Part shown: positions 13,170-25,989 of the stretch, in pieces
How the letters are laid out: each line of letters opens with the position of its first letter
Numbering within the stretch: position 1 is the first letter of the stretch
NCBI GenBank assembly: GCA_003971905.1
Contig: RSEE01000048.1
Span: 310,001-374,000, forward strand
DNA length: 64,000 nucleotides
From: Moniliella sp. 'wahieum'
Lineage: Eukaryota
Direction: 5' to 3'
Program-made: the position numbers and the translations under genes
The notes under the pieces: model-generated
Seen by the model: the letters and a program-made list of their open reading frames with translations, nothing else
The model's database searches: none
What the model was told of the DNA's origin: nothing

Positions 13170-16100
13170 GGCGAGCAGCCGTGCGCGCGAGACTCGCAGG
13201 GAACAGCAGCGGCAGTGGGGGAGTGGTGGCGGTGGCAGTGGTAGTGGTGGTGTGGTGGTGGTGGTGGTGGGCGCGATGGGTGAGGGCGGCGGTGAGGGTG
13301 GTGGCGGTGGAGCTGCGACGGGCGCGGGGCCGGGAGGGACGAGTGGGCGCCGTGGCGCTGCGTTGTGCTGCGCGGCCCTGCGCCAGCGGCCCCCTGCCCC
13401 AGAGCACCCGGGCGGGGCACGGGGCCAGTGTGCGTCGGCGTTTTCTGCGGCCCTGGCGCCGCTCGCTGCCCCCGTGCGCAGTCCGGGACACTCGGGCAGC
13501 ACAGCGCCCTGCGTCGCCTGCCTTGCCTGTCCTAACCCCTACCACACTGCGCTCGGCTGTCCTGAACACCTGCTACCCCCGACCTTTCGGCGAGCAAGGC
13601 GCGAAGGCGGCCCACGCCACGCCGCTCCACTGCCGGTGGCTAGTCCTGGCGGCCCAGTGGAGCGATGCCAACGATGCGCCGATGCCCATGTCGATGCGCT
13701 GGACCATGCGCCGAGCGCTCAGGCTGAGCTCAGCGGCTGAGGGGTGGTAGCAAGCAACAGTGTGGTCCGTGCCATATGTATATGGACACGACGCATGTGG
13801 CACCCAAGCCGATTATGTAAATGAGGATCTTCTTTTTTGCGCCCACAACAGAATAGTAAAAGAGCCCTGGCTGGCTCCTCGTTCAGTTAAACCAACGCTA
13901 CATCAAAAGGTATCGCCGTTTCCCTCACTGAAGAAGCCTCAATATTCCACAGCGTTTCTTAATCTGCTCCTGGTGGTGAAGCAACCCAGTACCCACCCGT
14001 ATGTCCACAGGAGATGTAGTGCAACTTCATTTGCGCGCGGTTCGCATCCAAGCGACGAACCTTTTCCAGCACTGTGTGTTGGGAGCGTATACTCTTCTGA
14101 ACCCACTTCGACTACCGACAACGGGAGGAAGAGAGATGAGAGAAGAAATCTCTTTTAAGAGGTGCACTCCCAGGCTTTACCGGACGACATGACGAAAAAG
14201 ACAAATCAGCCAAAGACCAAGGAGAGTTAAGATCTAAAAGGGCAAGAAGATGAAAAGGCGAGAGAAAGGAGCACAGAATGATGCGAAACGTCCGTCTCAC
14301 TGGTTTTCTCAGCGTCTCTTCAGTCGTACAACGCTCCACTTGTACCTTCTCGCAATCCCCCAGCGCCGCGATGACGCACGAGGTAGAGTGCCAGAGAGCT
14401 ATAGGTCCTCGCAACTGTCAACATTCCCCTGATCACAAGCACACGAGGTCAGCAGGCTGGTTGTATCCCCCACAGTTTGTTCTGAACGACCTGGTTATCG
14501 ATCGGTTACCGGTTATGTTTGTCTACGCTCTCGTCTTTCTCTATGTGATTCAGCTCGCACGGCCCCCTCTTTTTCCGCAGTATTTCGACCTCTTCGCCTC
14601 AGGCCTCATTCCCCCTCTATGAAATGATTCTTATCCTTCCTGATTGTGTCAAAGTCGGAGCTGATCTCTCAGATCTCACTAGTCACTCCTATTTCCAATT
14701 TCTTCATCCCGAGTGTATCGCTTTTTCCCTGTTTCTTCCACTTCGCACCATGTCATCGGTTCTGGCTTCTTCCCCACGAACGATTGCTACATCCCTTGAC
14801 CTAGTCTCAACTCTGGTCTCCCTCGCCTTAGTCCCGACTGTGACAGTCCGAATCGATATAGTTATGGGTCATCTTGCTGACATGGTCTATCATGTTTTCA
14901 GCTGTGGCTGTCACATGTCAACTCGTGCAATAACCCTTTGTGCGGATATAAAGTCAAACCATCAACAGCTGGTGTAACATGTAATACTTCTGGATCTATT
15001 ATATACGCTGTCACGGGCCTGGCCCGCCAGAGGGCTCACCCAGGTTTGTGGGGTACAATCCCTTCGGAGACGGAAGGACGACTCACGGTAGTTTCTCGCT
15101 TGGGCTACTTGGTGCATCCGAGCAGGGCGAGGGATGGATCCAAGACTTGAGGCCTGAGGAGAGGCCTTGGCGCATGAAGCGGAGGCAACTGCACGTATGG
15201 CAACAATTAACGCTCCTGCATACGAACCGACTTGGGCCGAAGTAACGTGTCTGAAGCTTCACCCCTTCCTTTCGCCTAATCTACTTTCAGTGTGTAGCAC
15301 GCAGTACTCAATCACTAATCATTAATCAGGGTTTGTTGCTCGTCACGCGCGTCACAGCTTACCGGCGGTTACCAATAACACATGCGGGTCTAATCCTAGT
15401 AGAAGAGAGTGTTTGTCATAAGACGCGTAACAGCGTTCACCGTGCCTTTCTTCAACGTCTTCAACCTTCTTGGGCCCGTCTTATGGGTACAGCTCAGTTT
15501 CCCCCGGGTTTCCCCTGTCTTGTAGCGAATCACATGCAGCACAATCGCATTGGAAATGCACTGAGGCACAGTGAGTCTGAAGGAATGTAAGAGAAATACA
15601 AAGCACGATATGGTCGGCGTCGATGAGAGAGTGCAGAGATTAGTGGGACATCGGGTGTACTCCTCATCTCGTCACATCCATATTCTCCAAGACGATTCTC
15701 AATATTCATTCTTGGATCTTGCTCTCTGTGGACGACCACGTCAACTGAACGTCTCTGTCTAACCTGCATATGCATGATCTGTGATCAAGGAGAAAGCGGA
15801 AAAGAGCTTGCTCCTCTTCAAAGCTTCTCAAGGTTCTTGTAACAACACGAGCGCAGCCGTACAAGACCGTACACAGGAGAGGGCAATAACTTAGTAAGAC
15901 AGTTTCTGTATACCCCCGTACAACATGGAAAGCGGGCTTTTATTGATGGGCCGCAACCGAGGGTGCATTAATGCGCTTCTCAGTATTCGTTGCTCTTTAC
16001 CGAGAGTGGAGAACGGTGTGAGAGAGGGTAAAAGGCCCAGGGCTCTCCTGCACAACCCTCAAAAGTTGATTGGTGTGACATGTTGTGACTCTCGCTTTGA

Positions 16101-16245
16101 ATCTTCGTAGGGCAGAAAGGTTTCGCTCGCTGATACACTGACGGCTCTGTGTGGTTGGTTCTATTATATCTCTCCTTTCTCTTCCCTGTCATGCATGTCA
16201 GTTGCCAGTGTAGTCAGGGTCTCCTTCTCTTCAGACATACTTGCC

Positions 16246-16274
16246 GCTTGAAGCTTGAAGCTTGAAGCTTGAAG
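16246..16274. repeat. Heptamer tandem repeat (AAGCTTG)n, about 4 units
   Basis: GCTTG AAGCTTG AAGCTTG AAGCTTG AAG read directly. The same unit recurs at 16644-16676 and 48974-48987. Confidence 0.9.
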
Positions 16275-16468
16275 ACTTGTGGCTCCCTGGGCCTGATCGC
16301 CCCTGGGCGCCGACGCGTTACGCGATACACCTTTTTTTGAAGGGTGATTTGCCGCTGATGCACCGATGGATGATCCTGTAGTCAGTAGTCAGTGAGCTCC
16401 TAAGTAGGACTGTAGCAGGGCACCGGTCAACGTCAACAGACGGTGGGCCAAGCGCTCCGACATCATTG

Positions 16469-16524
16469 CATCATGCATCACACATCATGCATCGCACATC
16501 ATGCATCACACATCATGCATCATG
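16469..16524. repeat. 14-bp tandem repeat CATCATGCATCRCA, 4 units
   Basis: Units start at 16469, 16483, 16497 and 16511; the last ends CATG. Related (ATGCATC)3 at 18291-18311. Confidence 0.9.
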
Positions 16525-18532
16525 TATTGCGTCACGCGTCATGCATCATGAAATGCATGAAACAGCATGAAACAGTGACATGGTGAGACCCTGAGGCCGA
16601 GAGCGCATTACGCGCTCATGCATCAAGACCCCGGGCACCGGTGAAGCTTGAGCTTGAAGCTTGAAGCTTGAAGCTTACGAATCCCAGTCACATGTCACAG
16701 GTCACATGTCACACGTCACGCGTGTGTCACATGGCATGCATTACTCACCGATGAAAACTGGGGACAAAATGCATGGTTGCGACGGAAGCGCTAGTAGCTA
16801 TGAGTAGCATCGCCTTGGCCTAAGGCTTAAGCGGCTCAGCGCTGCTGAGGCTCAGCAAGTAGCACGCGTGGACAAACTACTTATCTGAACGTGACGCGTG
16901 AAGCTTGAAGGTCATATTGATATGGAGGCGACGGTGGATATGCTCAAGGCACAGCGATACTTAGCGAGCATCGAATCGTTGTACTGGTTGAGAATTCCAA
17001 CATGCGGTACAGCGGATGGGAGCGATATCAGCTAAGCGCTAAACGTCTGATGTGCTAGTGCGCCATGCCAGAGGCTGCGGGCAAGGAACGATGGCATGTG
17101 GGATTGGGAACGTACATGTTGAACTTCAGCCGGCTGCCAAGAAGGCGGGGTGGGATCTATCTGGGAGGGCACATGGCACACTGAATCGATTGAATTGAGG
17201 GATTGGACGCCCCAGCAGCGCAGCGCCTCAGCCTACCCCAAATCCCACATCACGCGTCGCGGTATCCAATCCAATGTGCTAGCACCACAACCCTGTCTAC
17301 ATATCCATGGACCACGGAACTCGCGCCCAGCGTCACACCGCGTCACCGCGTCACCGGCACCGGCGTCAGCCATTTTTGCCCGATCGACAGGAACAGGCAC
17401 GACCCCAAGAACGAACCCCCTCGCTTGGAAGCCTGACTTGGCGGTTCCAATTTGAAATTTGATCATCCAGCGCCGCTGCCTCCGCGGAAGCGCGCTGGCT
17501 GTGCTGGTGCTGGGGTGGTCGGGCAGTAGGGCAGCGTGTGGCTGGCGGGCTCACTAGCTTCACTCGTTGTGCTTCGAGTTGTGGGCTGGGCACATGCTGC
17601 CGCAGCATCACCGATGGGCATCTGCCGCAAGCAGCCGCCAGACAACCGGCGGCTTACCGGTTGCCGATGCAGCGATGCTAGTCATGCAATGCAATCCCAG
17701 ATCTCAGCTCTCAGCGATGATTATCAGCATCACCGGTCACCCACCACCCCAGTCCGTCCAGCCCGGCCGAGAGCCGACAGGGCGCCTGTGCTTTGTTCCT
17801 GGTCCGGCCGAGGGCCAGCCTGGGCCAGCACAGGCCCGAGCGCGAGGCAGACGAGGCGAGGCAGACGAGGCGCGACGAGGCGGTTGGAAGCTTTGGATCC
17901 GCAAGCAGCGATATCTCCCCTGCTGCTCTGGCGCCCTGCTGGCGGCACTGCCGGGCACTGCGGCTCGCTTGGCCGCCACACCAAATCTGAACCAGTCCAC
18001 CGGGCGCACACAGGCCCCAAGCGGAGCGCTGGCTGGCTTGGGTTCAGTTGCGGGCGGCGCACGCGCGCAGTGTGCCCCGTATCCACGGCTGCCCTACTGT
18101 CGCCGCGGATGCGCCGCCAGTGGAGCGTTGGCGACGCAGTACAGTGCCTGGCCACGCCGCGCAGGACAGCACAGCACAGCACTGCAAGCGCCTTGCTCCT
18201 GGCTCGCGCCTTGGCCTGCTCGGTCAGGCTCGGCCCGACGCTGCTCATTGCTGCGGGCGCACTCTCTCCCCTCGATGGCCATCATGGATCATGCATCATG
18301 CATCATGCATCACATGTCACACAGGAGCTCCCTCGCGCCCATCCAGCACTCATGCATCACACATCATGCGCCATGTCTCCTTGAGCCTCGCCCCTCCCAT
18401 CCTCACCACCCCCTCTCGTCTTCTTCCCAGCCTCCCCCTCGTCTACGTCGTTACACCACTGCCATCGCTCGCTCGCCTTTCTTTCTTGCCCCCCGCACCG
18501 CCTCCCTATGCGCTTGCTTGCGCACCGCCTCC

Positions 18533-20218
18533 ATGTTCGCTGTTGATCGCCTGCCGCTGCCCCGCCAGCGCCACTACTCGTCATCGGCACCCCCCCCAAC
18601 TCCCGATCCCTTCGTCGCGCCTCCCCCACTCGCTCCTCCCGTCGCCCTACCGCCGCCGTACGCGCCATCACCGCCCTACTCGCAGTCACTGCCCTCATCC
18701 TCTTTGGCACGGTTGTCATCCTCGGCACTGTTTGGGCGTTTTTCCACACCGACCCCGGTGCCATCCTGACCCCCAGCGAACTCACCCTTGTCGATCCCAC
18801 CTTCCAATGGTCCGCTGTGTCCCCGCGCAGTCTTGCAGGCGCTCTCGCCTCTGACTCTGGCGAGGCAGAGTCCCCACTCAACTGGGAGCGCAACTATCCT
18901 CACATTGCCCAGCTTTTCCATCTCCGTACCCTCTGGTCTCGCGCGGCCAGCGCGTCGGCTCACGTTCCGGCCCCGGCCACCTCTGTGTCCCCATCCCCAC
19001 ACTCTTCTCCAGCAGCTTCGCGCTCCCCATGGACTCAGGCGTACAATGCAAGCGCCTACTTTGGCCACTTTAAGCCGGGGCACTACAATCGCACCCGTCC
19101 TGTTCGAAAGGGGGAGCAGATCCCGCGGCTGATCCATCAAACATGGAAGACGGCGTCGGTGCCAGCCAAGTGGCAGGACAATGCCGAGGGGTGCCGCGTG
19201 ATGCACCCCGACTACGACTACATTCTTTGGACCGACAAGGATGCGCGGGCATTTATTGCAGCCGATACCCTTGGTTCTTGCCCACGTTGATGCCTACCCT
19301 TACAACATCCAACGAGCCGATGCGATCCGCTACTTTGTGCTGCACCGCTATGGCGGCGTCTACATGGACTTGGATATGGGGTGCGTTCGACCCATGGACC
19401 CCTTGCTGCAGTTTGAGGTTGTTTTGCCCCAGACCAAGCCGGTGGGGGTGTCGAATGATCTGATGCTCGCGCGCCAGGGCATCCACTGATGACGCACGCC
19501 ATCCAACTGCTTCGCCAGTGGAACACAAATTACCTGATCCCGTATGCGACAGTCATGTTTTCCACGGGACCCATGTTCATTAGTGGTGCCTATGGGCAGT
19601 ACACGCGCCTACACGGCTCGGCGCTTCCTTCAACGATCGACGAGCCCCGGCGCGGGACAAGGGGCGTTCGCATTTTGCCTCAAATTCTGTATGGCAAATT
19701 GCAGAATCCTCCTCCCGGCCTGCACATTCAACCGGGCGCATTTTACAGTCATTACTATGGCTCTCCTGGCATGCCGGGGATGCCAACTTTATCAAACTGC
19801 TGGGCAACAGTGGCTGGATTCTCGTCGCTGTTGCGGTCGCGTTCATTGGCGTAGGCAGCTACCGGTCCTACCGTACTTCCAGGTTTAGCCCCCATCTTCG
19901 CTCTGAATCCGGGTCGTTGTTCAAGGGCCGTTGGCTTGCACCAACACGCCGAGACGGACGGGCTCGCCCAGCTCAGCCACCAGCTCCTCAGCCGCGCTTG
20001 CGCCCGGTGCAGGCTCGGGCGAGGGCTGGACCGGCGAAACAGAGTGGGAGCAAGACGAGTTCCTGGACCAGATCGACCTCGAAACCTTGGGTGCCAGCAG
20101 CGAAAAGCGCGAATCAGAGGAACTTAGTGATGCATATGCGTATGCCCGCGCCTGTGATGCCAACCCGTTGGGGAGCAGCATGACTGTCTTGCCCCTGCCC
20201 ACGGCGGAAGATGATTGA
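18533..20218 (+). CDS. Glycosyltransferase family 32, mannosyl-inositolphosphoceramide synthase-like (Sur1/Csg1/Csh1 family)
   Basis: IPRLIHQTWK, MHPDYDYILWTD, YPYNIQRADAIRYFVLHRYGGVYMDLD (DXD), TKPVGVSNDLM, TVMFSTGPMF; hydrophobic segments near both ends. Frameshifted. Confidence 0.9.
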
Positions 20219-20733
20219 GGTGTGGCCAGCCCGTCCTGCCCACCCTTGTCACCTTTTTCCTTCTTTTTTGTTGCCAAAGGAAAGAGACCTTCTCAAGCCT
20301 CACCTCAAGTCGTGCCCCCTCGCTGGCTCCTTGTACTTGTACCTTGCTCCCTACGAACGCTTGATTTGCCTCTTCCGGATAGTACCTTTGTCGGACATTT
20401 CCCATTAGCCTCTCTTTGCTTCCCCTTCCTCCCCCCCACCCCCCCCTTTCCCCCCCTCTCCCTCGACCTACGAACGCGCGGACGAGATCATCCCATGTGC
20501 ATTCTCATCATCGATCTATCCTGTGTGCATGTTGGCTACGCTGTACGCTTCCTGATTCTGTTTCACGCACCCATAGCCTGTCTTTTTCCCACGGCGTCCC
20601 CGTGAACCGGTGTATGATTTTTCCTGCCCTGTATACACTTTTCACTTGGAATCCTGATGGTAGATGGTAGACCTTGGGACAATGGCTTTATGCTGGGACC
20701 ATTCTAGCTCGGAGCGAGCGCATCGAGACGGCG

Positions 20734-21506
20734 TCATGCAGAAGGACGAGGCCAGTAAAAGGCGAGTGCGCTCGGCACGTCGGGCACTGCCTCGCGCGGC
20801 AACCGTAGCTCCACCTCCTCAAACACTTCCACCACCTTGTGCTCTTGAAATCCAAGACGGGCAAACAAGTTGCGGCTCGGCGCGTTGGCCAGGCCAATCT
20901 TGGCCACATAGGTCATCGCTCGGGTTGGGGTTGGTGCGTTGGGGTTGGCGTTGGCGTTAGCCTCAAGCCCCAACCCCAACTGCGCCCGCTCGCAATAGCT
21001 TATCATCAGCCTTAACGCTTCGTATGCCAAGCCGGTACGCCGGTACGCCGGTTCGGCAATCATCACCTCGCACTCGGCCTGTGGGCCCTCGGGGCTGGCG
21101 GCATTGTCATCGTCATCGTCATTGGTGTTGGAGTCGTTGTCCGGATCAAAGGAGAAGAAGAGGTTCACGTCCCCAACCATGGGCAGGGCGGCAAGGAAGG
21201 TGTCGAGACCCGGAACAGGCTCGGGTGAGGGCGAGGGCACGGCGCCCGCCTGGGCAAGTGGGACGCCTCCTGCTGGCACGGCCAACGACGCTGGGCGCGC
21301 ATGCACAATGAACGTGAGTTTGTCGGGGTCGAGGTGCCAGGCGCGTTGCATGTCGTGTTCTTGGGCCAGGGTGAGGCGCTCGCTCGCGGTCTGCTCGCGC
21401 AGTGCGTCGGATTCCATCCAGGCATGGTACGTCGGCACATGCTCCGCTCGGTACGGCACCAGCACCACCCGTTCCCCACCAGCACCGTCGCCTCGTTTGC
21501 GCGCAT
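20734..21506 (-). CDS. NAT9: N-acetyltransferase 9-like GNAT
   Basis: MRANEATVLVG..VLVPYRAEHVPTYHAWM, TASERLTL, WHLDPDKLTFIV, MVGDVNLF, ECEVMIAEPAYRR, AKIGLANAPSRNLFARLGF. Confidence 0.92.
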
Positions 21507-21636
21507 CGAGCAGCGGCGGGTTGGAGGCGGCCAGACAAAGCCAAGGCTCGGTGCAAGAGCCAGAGGCACCGGGGGGGGGGCACGTGACGCGCGTGCGGGT
21601 CGTCCAGAGGCCATTTGATATTTGGGGCGGCGGCAG

Positions 21637-21654
21637 TTAGGGATCAACCCTAGC
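21637..21654. promoter_or_regulatory. Inverted telobox-like pair (TTAGGG / AACCCTAGC) in the divergent NAT9-SAL1 promoter
   Basis: TTAGGG at 21637-21642 and AACCCTAGC at 21646-21654. The same 9-mer lies upstream of three other genes. Function is inferred. Confidence 0.4.
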
Positions 21655-22034
21655 GGCGTGCGTTCGCAGGTTAGGCCAGGAGCCGCTCCTCCCCAGTCTT
21701 AATCCCGTCGGACGGGAGGTGGTGGGATGCGGTCGGTTTCCCTGCCGAGAACCCCCCGTCACACCCACCGTCCCGCGCGCCGGCTCAGCTTCACTCCCTG
21801 AGCGCCTGCGCCAGCTGCCCCAGCCAGGCGTCAGCGTCGTCAGCCTTCCAGCTCACCACGCGTGCAACCGCCAGCTCGCCTGAACTTCAACCTTCAACTC
21901 ACCTCACGCTTCAACCTTCAATCTCCAAGCTCCGCTCCAAGCCCAACATGTTGCTGTCACTCTCACATCCACCGCCTGATCTCTCTTCCATCCAGCCGCC
22001 TCAGCTCAGCCCCCCCCCTCTTCTTGTCCCCCGT

Positions 22035-24251
<2,217 letters not shown>

Positions 24252-24680
24252 CAGACAGGTCGCAAGACATCATCTCAGCATCCTGCATCCTGGAGCACGT
24301 CGCTGCCCCGCCCTGTGCGCCCCTGTGCTTTGCGCTGCCGTTTGCTGCGTGTCTGCCTCGTTGCTCATGCAGCATGGTCCCGAACGGACGGTGGTGTTAG
24401 CCTTTGCCACTTCTTGGGATTGGTCCCCTATTTCTGTCTGCGGCGCTGTCCCCCCTCTCGCTTGTTGCGCTGTGGTACCTTTGGTTCTTGTATAATGCGT
24501 GTTCTGTTGCCCACCATATGTCTTTTGCCATGCCCCCTGTACCGGTGCCCCGCATCGTCTGTAGTGTGTGGCGCTCGTCTGGTTGGTTTCGTTTGGCGTA
24601 GGCTGCATCACCCAACCCCATCCAGGCGCAGGCTGAGCTCAGCAGCCCCGCGCAGCCGCCTTGGCAGGGAGCGTACCGAG

Positions 24681-24688
24681 TGACGTCA
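24681..24688. promoter_or_regulatory. CRE/ATF-type palindrome TGACGTCA upstream of the inhibitor-2 gene
   Basis: Exact octamer 170 bp before ATG 24851; also at 49471-49478 and 63852-63859. Confidence 0.3.
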
Positions 24689-24850
24689 TACGAGCCAGTT
24701 GAACGTTGAACGTTGCACTCAGCCTAGGTGCTTAGGGCTTAGGCCTGGCTGGCGCTTAGGCCGCCGCACACTGGCGCCCTGGCCCAGCGCAGCCGCCGCG
24801 CCCCGGCAGCTGCGGAGCACGCGCCTCCACCCGCCCCCCCCACCCCCGCC

Positions 24851-25989
24851 ATGGCCGACCCCAGCAACCCTGCCGCCTCCGCGCTCCATGCGCCGCCCGC
24901 CTCGTACGGCGAGGCAGCGCCGCCCCTCAAGGGCATCCTCAAGAACGCCCACCACCGCCGCTCCAGCTCGGGCGGCGCGCTTCGCTCCGACGAACCTGCT
25001 GCGCCCACTGACCTCGCCGCCGATGCCAGTGCCGAGCAGCGCCCCGCCAACGTCGCGGCCGGTGCGGTTCCCTATCGCGACTCGGAGGGACGGTGCGTTT
25101 GGTTTTGGTTTTGTGTGTGTGCTGAATGTCTGCTGGCTGACGGGTAGGTCGCTCCCTGCTTATGCTTAGGTTGCAATGGGACGAGTCCAACTTGGCCTCC
25201 AACGACTATTGGAAAGAGAACACGGCGCCGCGCATGAAATTGACGAACCCAAGACGCCCTTTGTCCAAGGCGCTGCCGACACGGACGACCTTGACATTCC
25301 GCCGGTCGATGACGGTATGTCGTTCCTTCTTCTCCTTGGAACCGTTTCTGTCTGCGTTTCTGTTTCCGTTTCTGTTTCCGTTCCCGTTTCCTGACGCCTG
25401 CCACTGCCCGTGCCCAGATTTTGCGCTGGACAAACCGACCACCGTCGACTCGAGCAACGGCTCTCCCTCCCCCCACCTTACTCCGGCCGCCGAAGCCGAA
25501 CTGACGCGGATCAACACCGAAGCCAATGCGCTTGGGCCAGGCAGGGTCGCTGGAGCATGAACGCGAGGCGCGCAGTTCGTCCCAAGCCGGCAGCGACGCC
25601 GGTCGTTCTTCCGGTCTCCGAGCTTTAGCTTGCCAAATGGCCAGGTTACCGCCTCGGGGCGCCGTCGCAGCAGTGCCAGTAGCACTCCCCTGACCGGTCC
25701 CGATACCGCGGCGTTGCGTGCGAGCAATGGTGGTGGCAGCAGCAGTGCGCTCAGTTCCGAGTACGAAGACGAAGACGATGAGTCGGAGGAGGAGGCAGCT
25801 CCCATGTCGGTCGACGAACAGCGCAAGCACGCCGCGTTTGCTGCCAAGCGCAAAGGCCATTATGGTCACGAGGCCGATGCGCTCAAGTATGCGCGCCAGT
25901 TGATGGCCCAAGAGGAAGAAGAAGAAGAAGACGCGAAGCAACCGGGTCTGCCACCGCCCGTGCCGCCGGTTCCGCAGGCGTTCCAGTGA
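24851..25989 (+). CDS. GLC8: Protein phosphatase 1 inhibitor-2 (Glc8/IPP-2)
   Basis: KGILKN (SILK motif), LQWDESNL, KIDEPKTPF, FAAKRKGHYGHE and acidic tracts. Two introns (~25093-25169 and ~25315-25418). Confidence 0.9.
25342..25392. repeat. Degenerate 12-bp tandem repeat (CGTTTCTGTTTC) in GLC8 intron 2
   Basis: cgtttctgtctg cgtttctgtttc cgtttctgtttc cgttcccgtttc read directly. Confidence 0.75.

Noticed and set aside
12946..13750. ORFs over the UBP15 5' region
   Set aside because: Products of (GGT/GGC)n low-complexity leader and promoter sequence.
16246..16733. CRISPR-like array
   Set aside because: Units are 7-14 bp with no unique spacers, there are no cas genes, and the context is eukaryotic.
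17536..18532. Long ORFs 17536..18384 and the 5' part of 17567..18769
   Set aside because: GC-rich promoter DNA stays open by chance; the translations reflect the palindromic repeats (HHASCIMHH) and have no domain.
21637..21654. Interstitial telomere or chromosome-fusion scar
   Set aside because: Only single TTAGGG/CCCTA units, not an array; a promoter motif is a better explanation.
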